From assembly GCA_963729625.1 (NCBI GenBank), contig CAVSOU010000008.1, positions 512,001 to 576,000 of the forward strand: a stretch of 64,000 nt of DNA. The letters are read 5' to 3'. Positions 23,882-34,072 of this stretch are shown piece by piece. The notes under the pieces were generated by a model. That model saw nothing but the letters and a program-made list of their open reading frames with translations, was not told the origin of the DNA and did no database searches. This DNA is from an uncultured bacterium (GTDB taxonomy: Bacteria > Chloroflexota > UBA5177 > JANWHV01). The stretch's first letter is position 1. Each line of letters opens with the position of its first letter. The position numbers and the translations under genes are program-made.

Positions 23882-25555
23882 ATGAAATCAGACATTGAGA
23901 TTGCGCAGGAAACTCTCCCAAGGCCGATAGCCGACATCGCGGACGCCGCCGGCCTGTTGGCTGATGAGCTGGATCTCTACGGTCCCTATAAGGCCAAGGT
24001 GCGCCAGGCGGCGCTGGACAGGCTGGCCGATCGTCCGGATGGCCGGCTGGTGATCGTCACCGCGATCACGCCGACAGTGGCCGGCGAGGGAAAGACCACG
24101 GTGACGGTCGGCCTCGGCCAGGCGCTTTGCGCGATCGGAAAGCAGGCCGTCGTGACACTGCGCGAGCCGGCTATGGGTCCCGTGTTCGGCGTCAAAGGCG
24201 GCGCCGCGGGCGGCGGCTACTCGCAGGTGATCCCGATGGAGGATATCAACCTGCACTTCACCGGCGATTTTCATGCGATCACCGCGGCGAACAACCTGCT
24301 GGCAGCACTGATCGATAATCACCTGCAGCAGGGCAACAGCCTGGGCATCGACTCGCGCCGCCTCACCTGGCGCCGCTGTCTCGACGTGAACGATCGCTCC
24401 CTGCGCGCCATCATCACCGGTCTGGGCGGTTCCACTGAAGGGGTGCCGCGAGAAACAGGCTTCGATATCACGCCCGCCTCAGAAATCATGGCCATTTTCT
24501 GCCTGGCTGAGAACCTGGTGGACCTTACCGAACGGCTTGGCCGCGTTGTGGTCGGCTTTACGCGCGCCGGTGTTCCGATTCGCGCGGCGGACCTCAATGC
24601 CCAGGGCGCGCTCACTGTGCTGTTGAAAGACGCGCTCAACCCGAATCTCGTGCAGACGCTCGAAGGCGGCCCGGCGCTGATCCATGGCGGGCCGTTTGCG
24701 AACATCGCGCACGGCACCAACACTATCCGGGCGACTCGACTTGCGCGTAAGCTCGGCGAGTATGCGCTGGTCGAGACCGGCTTCGGCGCCGATCTGGGGT
24801 TCGAGAAATTCTGTGACATCGTGGCCCGCCAGACAGGGGTACGGCCCGACGCGGCGCTGGTCATCGCTTCGACCAGGGCCCTCAAGCTGCACGGCGGCGT
24901 GGACAAGAATGATTTGAAGACGGAGAATGTTGAAGCCGTGCGCCGCGGCATGCCGAATCTGTTCCGCCACGTGGAGAATGTCGGCCGGTTCGGCCTCCCC
25001 GCGCTCGTGGCGATCAATATGTTCGACAACGACACCGAACCTGAGCTGCAGGCGATCGAGGAGATGCTGGCTTCGACTGGGATTGCCGCGGCGCGCTGCG
25101 ACATCCATGCCCGGGGCGGCGCGGGCGGCAAAGTGCTCGCCGAGCGCCTCGTGGAGTTGTTGGACCGCGCACCCGCCGGCGAATTTCACGTGCTCTATCC
25201 GGATGAGATGCCGCTCAAACAGAAGATCGAGACGGTGGCCACTCAGATATATCGCGCTTCCGGCGTCGACTTCGTCGGCACGGCGCCACGCGACCTGGCG
25301 CTGTTTGAAAAGCTGGGCTACGGCCACCTGCCGGTGTGTATTGCCAAAACGCAGTACTCCTTCTCGGACAACGCGGCGCTGCTCAACGCACCAGACAACT
25401 TCCGCGTCGCCGTGCGGTCCGCGCGGCTTTCTGCCGGGGCCGGCTTTGTGGTGGCACTCACCGGAGAGATCATGACCATGCCGGGGCTCGGGAAGGTACC
25501 CGCGGCTGAACGCATCAGCGTCGCCGCCGACGGGCGCGTCGCGGGCCTGAGTTGA
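23882..25555 (+). CDS. fhs: Formate--tetrahydrofolate ligase
   Basis: MKSDIEIAQ, TPTVAGEGKTT, KGGAAGGGYSQ, HGGPFANIAHG, CIAKTQYSFSD, TMPGL. Confidence 0.98.
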   Translation: MKSDIEIAQETLPRPIADIADAAGLLADELDLYGPYKAKVRQAALDRLADRPDGRLVIVTAITPTVAGEGKTTVTVGLGQALCAIGKQAVVTLREPAMGPVFGVKGGAAGGGYSQVIPMEDINLHFTGDFHAITAANNLLAALIDNHLQQGNSLGIDSRRLTWRRCLDVNDRSLRAIITGLGGSTEGVPRETGFDITPASEIMAIFCLAENLVDLTERLGRVVVGFTRAGVPIRAADLNAQGALTVLLKDALNPNLVQTLEGGPALIHGGPFANIAHGTNTIRATRLARKLGEYALVETGFGADLGFEKFCDIVARQTGVRPDAALVIASTRALKLHGGVDKNDLKTENVEAVRRGMPNLFRHVENVGRFGLPALVAINMFDNDTEPELQAIEEMLASTGIAAARCDIHARGGAGGKVLAERLVELLDRAPAGEFHVLYPDEMPLKQKIETVATQIYRASGVDFVGTAPRDLALFEKLGYGHLPVCIAKTQYSFSDNAALLNAPDNFRVAVRSARLSAGAGFVVALTGEIMTMPGLGKVPAAERISVAADGRVAGLS

Positions 25556-26298
25556 GAGATCGTTACCTGGCCTGGGAATCCTGCTGCAATGTCCGCGACC
25601 TGGGAGGGCTGACCACGGTAGACGGCGCCAGGATACGGTGGGGCGCCCTCGTCCGAGCGGATAGCCTTTGCAGATTGACCCCGAGTGGTCAGGCCGCGCT
25701 GATGGCTCATGGCATTCGCACGGTAATCGACTTGCGCGCGACCGAAGAACTGGCGCGCGCGGCCCACCCGTTCGCGGCGGAAGAGGGTGAGCAGGGCTGG
25801 CCGGGCTACATCCACGTGCCGATATTCGAGATGACCGATACGGCGACCGTCGCGGCGTTGGCCGGCGATCGGGACGTGTACGGCCCCAACAAAGTGCTGC
25901 TCGACCACTGCGGCTCCGGGTTTGCCGCGGCCCTCCGCGCTATTGCGACCGCACCGGACGGCGGCGTGCTGGTGCACTGCTTCGTGGGAAAGGATCGCAC
26001 CGGCTTGGTTGTGGCCTTGACGCTGGCCGTGGCCGGTGTTCCGGCCGAGGCGATCATTGCCGATTACGCGTTGAGTGATCACTACTTGCAGCCCATCTAC
26101 GCGGAGATGCTGTCCGAGTGCAACGGCGATGAGGCCGCTATCGCGGCCCTCAAGCCGCGGCTGACGTCCCATCCGGAGACAATGACGCGGACACTGTCCT
26201 ACCTGGACTGGAAATGCGGCGGGCCGGAGGGCTACCTGCGCGGTATCGGGCTCACGTCGGATGATCTGGCCGCGTTGCGGCGGCGTGTGCTGGAATAG
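25552..26298 (+). CDS. Tyrosine-protein phosphatase family (IphP/PtpB-like)
   Basis: NVRDLGG, IDLR, HCFVGKDRTG P-loop, IIADYALS; TTG start overlaps the fhs stop. Confidence 0.9.
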   Translation: MRDRYLAWESCCNVRDLGGLTTVDGARIRWGALVRADSLCRLTPSGQAALMAHGIRTVIDLRATEELARAAHPFAAEEGEQGWPGYIHVPIFEMTDTATVAALAGDRDVYGPNKVLLDHCGSGFAAALRAIATAPDGGVLVHCFVGKDRTGLVVALTLAVAGVPAEAIIADYALSDHYLQPIYAEMLSECNGDEAAIAALKPRLTSHPETMTRTLSYLDWKCGGPEGYLRGIGLTSDDLAALRRRVLE

Positions 26299-27847
26299 AA
26301 GCGGCGAGCTCGGGCGTTCCACCACCGGTCATGAGGATGCCCAGCCGCTCTTCCGTCGCTTCCTCGGCAGTGAACTCGCCCATGATACGGCCCTCATAGA
26401 TCACGACGATACGATCTGAAAGCGCGAAAATCTCATCGAGCTCGGCTGAGACCAGAAGCACGCCTACGTCGCGGTCGCGTTCGGCCAGGATACGCTCGTG
26501 CACGAACTGTATGGCTCCGATATCCAGTCCGCGCGTGGGTTGGGCGGCGATGAGTAATCTCGGCGCACCATCGATCTCGCGAGCGAGCACCACTTTCTGC
26601 TGATTGCCGCCGGAGAGCGAGCGGGCGAGCGTCTCGGGGGCAGCGCCTCGGATGTCGAACTGCTCCACCAGACGGCGCGCGCGCGCGACAATCTGCCCGG
26701 GACGCAGCACGCGGCCACCGGTGACGGAGGGTTTGTCCTGCACGCCAAGTACCAGGTTGTTGGCCACCGAGTAGTCCAGGATCAAGCCGCGCGCGTGGCG
26801 ATCCTCGGGGATCGCGGCAAGACCGAGATCGCGGCAGAGTCGAGGGCTCTTGTTGGTAATGTCGTGGCCAAGCAGGGTGACGCGTCCGCCCGTGGCATGC
26901 CGCAAGCCGGTGATCACATCCACCAGCTCGCTCTGACCGTTTCCCTCAACACCGGCGATGCCCAGCACTTCGCCCGCACGGACGGTGAATGTAAGACCCT
27001 TGAGCGCGCTGAGGCCGCGATCAGATGAGCAGTGCAAGTCGCTCACCTCGAGCACGGGTTCCGAGGGGTGGCCGCTGCCGCGCACGACCTGCGGCAGCAC
27101 CTCGCGCCCTACCATCAGTTTGGAGATCTCTTCCCGTGAGGTCTTCGGCTTCTCGAGCGTGGCAACTTTCTTGCCGCGGCGCAGCACGGAAATCTGGTCG
27201 GCAACGGCCATCACCTCGCGCAGCTTGTGGCTGATGAACAGAATCGTCTTGTCTTTCTTAACCAGGTCACGCAGCACCACGAAGAGCTCATCGGTCTCCT
27301 GGGGGGTCAGCACGGCGGTTGGCTCGTCCAGGATGAGGATCTCCGCGCCCCGGTACAGCGTCTTGAGAATCTCCACGCGCTGCTGAAGGCCGACCGGCAG
27401 GCTGCCAACCCTTGCCGTCGGGTCAACGTTGAGGCCAAAGCGATCGGATAACCCCACCACGCGCTTGATGGCCTCTTGCTTCGGGAACACAGCCACGCCC
27501 GGCGGCTCCGCGCCAAGCACCACGTTCTCGGCAACCGTCAGCGGTGGCACCAGCATGAAGTGCTGGTGCACCATGCCGATACCGTGCTTGATCGCATCGC
27601 CCGGGCTGTGCAGTGAGGCTTTCTGGCCGTTGATCAGGATCTCGCCGCTGTCTGCTGCGTACATGCCATAGAGCATATTCATCAGCGTGCTCTTACCGGC
27701 ACCATTCTCGCCGACCAGGGCGTGAATACTCCCCCGGTGTACGACGAGATCGATAGCGTCGTCGGCTACCAACGTGCCGAACGTCTTGGTTATGCCGCGC
27801 ATCTCCACGGCCGGCGGCAAGCCTGCTATGTTAACCGGCTGGGTCAT
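26252..27847 (-). CDS. Nucleoside/sugar ABC transporter ATP-binding protein (two-domain)
   Basis: GENGAGKST, MVHQHF, LDEPT, LSGGNQQK, QPTRGLD; start reset to MTQPV. Confidence 0.93.
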   Translation of the reverse strand: MTQPVNIAGLPPAVEMRGITKTFGTLVADDAIDLVVHRGSIHALVGENGAGKSTLMNMLYGMYAADSGEILINGQKASLHSPGDAIKHGIGMVHQHFMLVPPLTVAENVVLGAEPPGVAVFPKQEAIKRVVGLSDRFGLNVDPTARVGSLPVGLQQRVEILKTLYRGAEILILDEPTAVLTPQETDELFVVLRDLVKKDKTILFISHKLREVMAVADQISVLRRGKKVATLEKPKTSREEISKLMVGREVLPQVVRGSGHPSEPVLEVSDLHCSSDRGLSALKGLTFTVRAGEVLGIAGVEGNGQSELVDVITGLRHATGGRVTLLGHDITNKSPRLCRDLGLAAIPEDRHARGLILDYSVANNLVLGVQDKPSVTGGRVLRPGQIVARARRLVEQFDIRGAAPETLARSLSGGNQQKVVLAREIDGAPRLLIAAQPTRGLDIGAIQFVHERILAERDRDVGVLLVSAELDEIFALSDRIVVIYEGRIMGEFTAEEATEERLGILMTGGGTPELAASIPAHAAATRPDHPT

Positions 27848-28757
27848 ACGGCACTCCATCGGCGGCGGGCGGAATGGCACGGCCGACGAACCCGGCCACG
27901 GCGACCAACGTGATGACGTAGGGGGCGATCTGGACGAGATTGCCCGCGAAGCTCGGCTGCAGCACAAGGCCGGACGTCTGGATCTGTTGGCCAAAGCCGA
28001 ACAGGAGGCACGCGGCAAAGGCGCCGAAGGGCGTCCATTTTCCCACGATCATTGCCGCGAGCGCGATGAAGCCCTGTCCAGCGGTCATGTCAAAATTGAA
28101 GTCCTGGACCAGGCCCAGTGACAAATAGGCGCCACCCAGGCCCGCGAGCGCGCCGCTCAACGTGACGCAGAGATAGCGGATCGCAAATACATTGATGCCC
28201 ACGGTCTCCGCGGCGCGCGGGTGCTCGCCCACGGCGCGAATGCGCAGGCCCAGCGTGGTGGTGAACAGCAAGACGTGTGCCGCGACTACCAGGAACAGCA
28301 TGATATAGACGATGCTGTTCTGCGACCCGATCACCGGCCCCACGCCTGGGATAGCTGAAATACCAGGGATTTTGACGTCAGGTGTGCCCGGCATGTTCGA
28401 GAAGCCATTTGCCGCGTAGGTCGCGTAGAGAAAACTCGTAAGGCCCGTGCCGATGAGATTGATTGCCACGCCGCTGATAATCTGATCGGCGCGAAAGGTG
28501 ATCGAGACGACGCCGTGTACAAAGGCGATGAGGGCGCCGAAGACGATAGCGGCCAGCAGGCCAAGCCAGGGACTGCCGGTGCTGTATGAGAACCAGGCGC
28601 CGAAGAAGGCGCCGATCAGCATGATCCCTTCGAGCCCGATATTGACGACACCTGAGCGCTCCGTGATAACCCCGCCAAGCGCGGCCAGCGCCAGCGGCGT
28701 CGCGGTGCGGAGTATGCCTGCATAGAAGTCGCTGTGCTGCAGAACTGTCCAGTCCAT
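27831..28757 (-). CDS. Nucleoside ABC transporter permease
   Basis: ERSGVVNIGLEG, GLRIRAVGEHP, GQGFIALAAMIVGKW. Confidence 0.93.
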   Translation of the reverse strand: MDWTVLQHSDFYAGILRTATPLALAALGGVITERSGVVNIGLEGIMLIGAFFGAWFSYSTGSPWLGLLAAIVFGALIAFVHGVVSITFRADQIISGVAINLIGTGLTSFLYATYAANGFSNMPGTPDVKIPGISAIPGVGPVIGSQNSIVYIMLFLVVAAHVLLFTTTLGLRIRAVGEHPRAAETVGINVFAIRYLCVTLSGALAGLGGAYLSLGLVQDFNFDMTAGQGFIALAAMIVGKWTPFGAFAACLLFGFGQQIQTSGLVLQPSFAGNLVQIAPYVITLVAVAGFVGRAIPPAADGVPYDPAG

Positions 28758-28814
28758 AGTCTTCTTGCCCAGACTCCTTCGTCGACTCGCTAGAGCAATA
28801 GCCGGGGCTGTCGC

Positions 28815-30317
28815 CTAGCCAGAGCTTGCCGGCAGAGGAACGAGATACTGATTAACAGCCAATCCGAGGGCCAGGCATACCGCGCAATACGCAATCACCA
28901 GAACCGCACCCCTGGTTGGCCCGCGCTGGCTGACGATATAGAGCAGTGCAAGTACCAGGGCCAGTGCGAAGAAGAAGTAGTGACTGAAAACGACCGAACA
29001 CGTAGCCAGAACCGTCGAAAGTACGACAAGGCCCCGCCAGGCCTGCGCTGCGGCGGCGGTTTGGGAGACCGGCAGACCGGCGCCCGTTGCGCCCATATCC
29101 GCAGTGTCGCGAGCGGTCGCGGAAAGGCGCCGCCGGCGCGCCAGCACTTTGCGGACGACGACGTCGAGGGCAACGAACAACACGATAATCCCTTGAAGAA
29201 GCTGGGTCATATAGGCACTGACATGCCCTGAGCTCTGCATCAGGTTGCTCCCGGTGTGCAGGCTGGCGATGAGCAGCGCGGAGAAGACGATGCCGATTGG
29301 ATTCCCCTTGCCCAGCAGGGCGATCGTGATGCCATCGAACCCCCAGCCGGGCGTCGAGGCGCTCTCGAACTGGAAGGCTCCGCTGCCGGTGGGATCGGCC
29401 ACGGCGATACCGCCTGCCAGCCCGGCCAGGGCGCCCGCCACGGCCATGGCCAGCACGATGCGGCGCTTGACCGGAATGCCGCCATAGGCCGCCGCGCCGG
29501 CATTGAGGCCAACGGCGCGAATCTCGTAGCCAACACTGGTACGCGCGATGATAAACCAGTAGAGGGCTACGGCCGCCAGGGCAAGATAGACGCCGGCGTG
29601 GATAGTGCTGCCGCTGCCAAGCCAACTCAGCATCGGCAATCTGCCACCGCTGCCAATCTGATCGCTCACCGCCTGGCCTTGCGCTTTGGCGGAATTCATG
29701 GGGCCGCCAATGGTGACGAGCGAGGTCGTGCCGTAGATTGCGATCCAGTTGAGCATGATCGTGCTGATTACTTCGTGGGCGCCGCGATAGGCCTTGAGGA
29801 ATCCGGCAATGCCGCCCCACAGCATACCGGCAAGAATCGCCGAGATCAGGACCAGGGGCAGCAAGATCACGGCCGGCGCATGGGCGAAGGCTATGCCGAT
29901 CCACGCCGCCGCGATGGCGCCCATAAACACCTGGCCTTCGCCGCCGATGTTGAACAGGCCGCCGCGGAAGGCAAACGCTACAGCCAGACCGGTGAAGATA
30001 AGCGGAATAGTCTGGTCGATCGTGCCCGAGACGGTGCTGAGGTCGGGCGCGCCAAGAGCACCCGTGAAGAGGCTTGCGAACGCATTGAACGGGTAGTTCA
30101 GGATCTGCCCGAGGCTATAGAGTGTAGGCCCGTGCTTGCCGATGACCCCGAAGAGGTCGATGCTCGTGCCGATAATCAGCAGTGACCCGGCAAGCACGGC
30201 CCCGCCAAGCGTGATGCTTGCCACCGCGCTTTCCGCAACGAGGCGCTGTAGCAGTCGCGCGAGCCAAACGCCTGCGCGGCTCCCGGATTGTTCCTGCGAG
30301 CCAGCTCCTACGGACAA
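28815..30317 (-). CDS. Nucleoside ABC transporter permease with C-terminal extension
   Basis: FRGGLFNIGGEGQ, HEVISTIMLN, GYEIRAVGLN, GFDGITIALLG. Confidence 0.92.
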   Translation of the reverse strand: MSVGAGSQEQSGSRAGVWLARLLQRLVAESAVASITLGGAVLAGSLLIIGTSIDLFGVIGKHGPTLYSLGQILNYPFNAFASLFTGALGAPDLSTVSGTIDQTIPLIFTGLAVAFAFRGGLFNIGGEGQVFMGAIAAAWIGIAFAHAPAVILLPLVLISAILAGMLWGGIAGFLKAYRGAHEVISTIMLNWIAIYGTTSLVTIGGPMNSAKAQGQAVSDQIGSGGRLPMLSWLGSGSTIHAGVYLALAAVALYWFIIARTSVGYEIRAVGLNAGAAAYGGIPVKRRIVLAMAVAGALAGLAGGIAVADPTGSGAFQFESASTPGWGFDGITIALLGKGNPIGIVFSALLIASLHTGSNLMQSSGHVSAYMTQLLQGIIVLFVALDVVVRKVLARRRRLSATARDTADMGATGAGLPVSQTAAAAQAWRGLVVLSTVLATCSVVFSHYFFFALALVLALLYIVSQRGPTRGAVLVIAYCAVCLALGLAVNQYLVPLPASSG

Positions 30318-30454
30318 CCCATGTCCCCAATCGGCGTCACTGTCGCCTCACGCCTACCGCCCGCCGGTCCTGAGTCCGCCGGTACAGGTGCGCGCAACCC
30401 GGCATACTGGCTCAGATTACCACGAGACCAGATGATCCGAAAGATCGGGATAGT

Positions 30455-30506
30455 CGCCTCCCGTCTCGAGATCGGCGCGAATGCGCTCATCGCGGGGCGG
30501 GAGGCG
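30455..30506 (-). terminator. Long hairpin after the substrate-binding gene (stabiliser/partial terminator)
   Basis: CGCCTCCCG...CGGGAGGCG inverted repeat immediately downstream of the BMP gene. Confidence 0.5.
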
Positions 30507-30519
30507 TCACGATTGCGAG

Positions 30520-31593
30520 CTAGCCGAGGTTCTTTGGGATTACCGTAGTGGGTACGAGCTTTCCGGAGGCGATCAAGGCCGCCTGGGCCTTTACCTGAGC
30601 GATGATGTCGGCAGGTACCATCTTGCCGACGCTGCCGTAGCCGGTTGCATCGTTCTTGAGGCTGAACAGGTTGTCGCCGCCCTTGAACGTGCCATTCTTG
30701 ACGTTCGTAATGGTCAGCAATACGGCCTTGTCGACTTTCTTGACCGCGCTGGTCATCATGTAGGGCCCCAGGAATAGCTGATCGGCGTCCACGCCAATGC
30801 CGTAGACACCCTTCTTCTCGGCCGCCTTGAGATAGCCGTTGCCGGCCCCGCCTGCGACGGCAAAGAGGATATCCGCGCCTTCGGCCACCTGACCGAGGCC
30901 GATATTCTCAGCCTTGCCCACATTATTGAAGTCGCCGTTGTATCCCAGCTTGATTTTGATGCCCGGGTCGGCTGCACGGGCTCCCTGAACGTAGCCGGCG
31001 ATGTAGCGATTGACAGGAGGAATCGGAATGCCGCCCATCGTGCCGATCACGCCATGCGTGGCGGCGCCGACCTTGCCCTTTTCCATCAGTCCGGCCATGT
31101 AGCCGACGAGATAGCCAGACTCCTGCTCGCGGAAGAAGAGATTCGCCACGTTGGGCTGGTTCGCGGTATTGCCCTTTGGATCGGTAGGAGCGCCGTCGAT
31201 CAGGGCGAACTTCTCATTGGGGAATGCCTTCGCCACCTTGTACATGGCGTTCTGCATCAGGAAGCCCACGCCGATGACGAGGTCATATTTCTGGCGCGCG
31301 AACGAGGCGAGATTCTGATAGTACAGCGCGTCAGAGATAGTGGTCGTCGTCACGTAGCTGAACTGAACGCCGTACATCTTCTGGGCATTCAGGGCGCCCT
31401 GATAGGCGAGCTGGTTAAAACTCTTGTCGTTGCGACCGCCTGTATCGAGGACAAGGCCAACCTTCAGGGCAGTGGCACGCGCCGTCGAAGCGGCAAGATG
31501 CGCCGATGCGCCTTGTGCCGGCAGCATCATCGCCGCCAGCGGGATCAACGTCAGGGCCGCTACGGCCACGCGACGCGTTACAAACCGATGCAT
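30520..31593 (-). CDS. BMP/PnrA family nucleoside-binding protein
   Basis: Signal peptide; GGRNDKSFNQ, FREQESGYLVG, IGVDADQ, TSAVKKVD. Confidence 0.93.
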   Translation of the reverse strand: MHRFVTRRVAVAALTLIPLAAMMLPAQGASAHLAASTARATALKVGLVLDTGGRNDKSFNQLAYQGALNAQKMYGVQFSYVTTTTISDALYYQNLASFARQKYDLVIGVGFLMQNAMYKVAKAFPNEKFALIDGAPTDPKGNTANQPNVANLFFREQESGYLVGYMAGLMEKGKVGAATHGVIGTMGGIPIPPVNRYIAGYVQGARAADPGIKIKLGYNGDFNNVGKAENIGLGQVAEGADILFAVAGGAGNGYLKAAEKKGVYGIGVDADQLFLGPYMMTSAVKKVDKAVLLTITNVKNGTFKGGDNLFSLKNDATGYGSVGKMVPADIIAQVKAQAALIASGKLVPTTVIPKNLG

Positions 31594-31738
31594 GATTTCA
31601 TGACCTCCAAAAAGCCATACTTCATAAGTTCAGTCAGAACCAATCTCCTCCGCGATCGGCAGTGCAGCTCGTGCCGGCGACCGAATCGTCTACCACCTCC
31701 CCCATGACGAACTTCAAACACACAGAACGTCGCCGTAG

Positions 31739-32017
31739 CTACTCCTCCTCGTGCTCCGGCGCCAAGGGATCCCGGAACAGCTCGGCCACCGGGAAGGAGA
31801 AGCCAGGCATCGCGTCCTCGCCATCCAGGCTGTCATTCAGCGTCAGCGCGCGCACGGGCCCCGTCAGCGTATACAACACCCTTTCCACAACCTCGTAGCT
31901 GTACCCGTCATCGGGCAGCGTCAGCAGCTCGTCGACGGTCGCGGGGCCGCGGCCGGGCACCGCCTCCGCCCAGGGAGCGGGGGAACGAGGCGGGTATGCT
32001 GGGGCGGTGAGAGCCAT
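31739..32017 (-). pseudogene. Uma2 (DUF820) endonuclease with in-frame internal deletion
   Basis: N-term TVDELLTLPDDGYSYEVVERVL joined directly to C-term LDGEDAMPGFSFPVAELF; catalytic middle absent. Confidence 0.75.
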
Positions 32018-32116
32018 GGTCAAGAACCTCCCAATCGCGTTTCAGTATAGCTCGACTGGATGCAGGGGACGCTACCGCAAGGCGCAATCCAGGGCGAGTC
32101 GCGGCGGATGTGATAG

Positions 32117-33775
32117 CTACGCGGGAGAGGCCCCTGCTGGGACGTCCGCGAGCTCCGGCGCGGCGCCGAGCGCGATCTGTTCGTCGAATGCCGCCCGCTC
32201 TGCGCGCATGCGATCGCCGTCCCACTGCAGGCGTTGGGCCAGGAACCGGGCCACCGCCTCGGCGGCATCGCGCCCGCGCTCGGCCGACAAACCGATGGTG
32301 AGACGCCGAAGCACCACGTCGGCGAGGGTCAGAGCGCCCTCCTCGTCCACCGCGTACAGGACCTGCGCCATGACGTCGGGGTACCGGGAGCTGAGCGGCG
32401 CCAGGAGCTCGCGGTCCGCGCGTATGTAGTCCAGCACGCGGACGTATCGAGAGCCATACACGCGAATGAGGTGTTCCACCAGCGCCGGATCGATGCCCAG
32501 CCGTCGTGCCTGTGGATCGCGCTGTACCTCGACATAGCGGTCGATGTCGTGCAACAGTCCACCTGGAAGAGGTAGGTCGGCGGTACGGCCCTTGACGCGC
32601 TGCTTGAGGATCCGGCAGGCAGCATCGACGAGGTCTTCAGCTACCGAGCGGTATGCCGTGAGCTTGCCGCCGATGATGCTCAGAAGCCCGGGCACGCCAT
32701 CCTTGGCGCCGTGATCATAGAGAATATGCCTGCGCGAGACATCCGACTCCGGGATGCCTTCGATATGCATGAGCGATCGCACGCCTGCCCACGTGTAGTG
32801 GATAGTCTCCCACGGCGCATTGGGATAAGCATAGCGCGCCTCGGCCAGCAGGTAACGGGCGTCCTCGGGATCGGTCACAATGCGGTCGAGGTCGCCGGTG
32901 TAATCCGTGTCGGTCGTGCCGAGCAGCGAGAAACCGTTCCAGGGCACGACGAAGAAGAGCCGGCCATCGCTCCGCGCGTAGAGCACAACCGCCGTATCGC
33001 CGACTTTCGGCAGGACAAGATGCACGCCCTTCGTGCGGCGCGACAGCGTGCGAGACTCTCCGGTCATGACGCCAATTTCATCCAGCCAGGGGCCGGCCGC
33101 GTTGATCACCAGGCGGCTCGCCAGCTCGAGGCGCCGGCCGGATAGCGTGTCTTCGGCAACCACGCCACGCACGGCCTTACCCTGGCGGAGCAGCCCGGTC
33201 GCACGCGTGTGATTGTAGAGCGTGGCGCCGGCCTCGCGTGCGGCGATTGCGTTCTCCACATTGAGTCGCTCGGTGAAGGTAATCTGGCCGTCGTAGTAGC
33301 GGAACGATCCTTGCAGGCCGTCACGATGCAGGCCGGGCTCGAGCTGCAACGTCTCGGCCGCGCTGAGATGGCGGTGGTTGGAGACACTCTTGTCGTAGGA
33401 GAGCAGGTCGTAAAGGATCATGCCGGCGCGAAGCCGCAGCCGGTAATAGACGCTCTTGTCGTAGAGCGGTACGAGGAAGGACAGCGGTCTTACCAGATGC
33501 GGAGCGTTGCGGAACAGGCGCTCGCGCTCGCGCATGTCCTCCCGCACGAGAGCAAAATCGTACATTTCCAGGTAGCGCAGTCCGCCGTGCGCCAGTCGCG
33601 TGGAGCGGTTACTGGTTCCCCAGCCGTAGTCTTCCTTTTCGATCAGCGCGACGCGGAGTCCGCGAAGCGCGGCATCGCGTGCGGTCGCGAGCCCGATAAT
33701 GCCGCCTCCGACGACCACCAGGTCGTATGTGAAAGCATTCGCAACCAGTCCTAGTTCGTGCGTGAAGCGGTGCAC
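32117..33775 (-). CDS. glpD: FAD-dependent glycerol-3-phosphate dehydrogenase
   Basis: DLVVVGGGIIG, GTSNRSTRLAHGGLRYL, INAAGPW, KGVHL, GTTDT, GGKLTAYR; GTG start after GAGGGG. Confidence 0.92.
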   Translation of the reverse strand: MHRFTHELGLVANAFTYDLVVVGGGIIGLATARDAALRGLRVALIEKEDYGWGTSNRSTRLAHGGLRYLEMYDFALVREDMRERERLFRNAPHLVRPLSFLVPLYDKSVYYRLRLRAGMILYDLLSYDKSVSNHRHLSAAETLQLEPGLHRDGLQGSFRYYDGQITFTERLNVENAIAAREAGATLYNHTRATGLLRQGKAVRGVVAEDTLSGRRLELASRLVINAAGPWLDEIGVMTGESRTLSRRTKGVHLVLPKVGDTAVVLYARSDGRLFFVVPWNGFSLLGTTDTDYTGDLDRIVTDPEDARYLLAEARYAYPNAPWETIHYTWAGVRSLMHIEGIPESDVSRRHILYDHGAKDGVPGLLSIIGGKLTAYRSVAEDLVDAACRILKQRVKGRTADLPLPGGLLHDIDRYVEVQRDPQARRLGIDPALVEHLIRVYGSRYVRVLDYIRADRELLAPLSSRYPDVMAQVLYAVDEEGALTLADVVLRRLTIGLSAERGRDAAEAVARFLAQRLQWDGDRMRAERAAFDEQIALGAAPELADVPAGASPA

Positions 33776-34072
33776 CGCATACCCCTCAAGGATTATCGGC
33801 AGGGGCTTCAATCACTGCCGTCTCAGGCACATGGTACCCTCTGGCGCGACGCGGCGAGTACTGCCGGGATTCACCGGGACCTCGGGAGGCGCAAGATGTG
33901 CGGACACGCGGAGACGCGAACCCGTACGCCGCGCCCGTCTGGTGGAGCAGCGGGTCCACGCCGGACCACGATCGCGGCCCAGCTGTGGTGGGAAGACGCG
34001 ATAATCAGTGTGGTGCGTGAAGACCGCACGGCATCACAGCACAATGGAGACGAGAACGAGGAGTTGGCGAGC

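Noticed and set aside
31594-31738. Purine riboswitch upstream of the nucleoside transporter
   Set aside because: No TATAAT..GG..GTTTCTACC..CCGTAAA-type aptamer.
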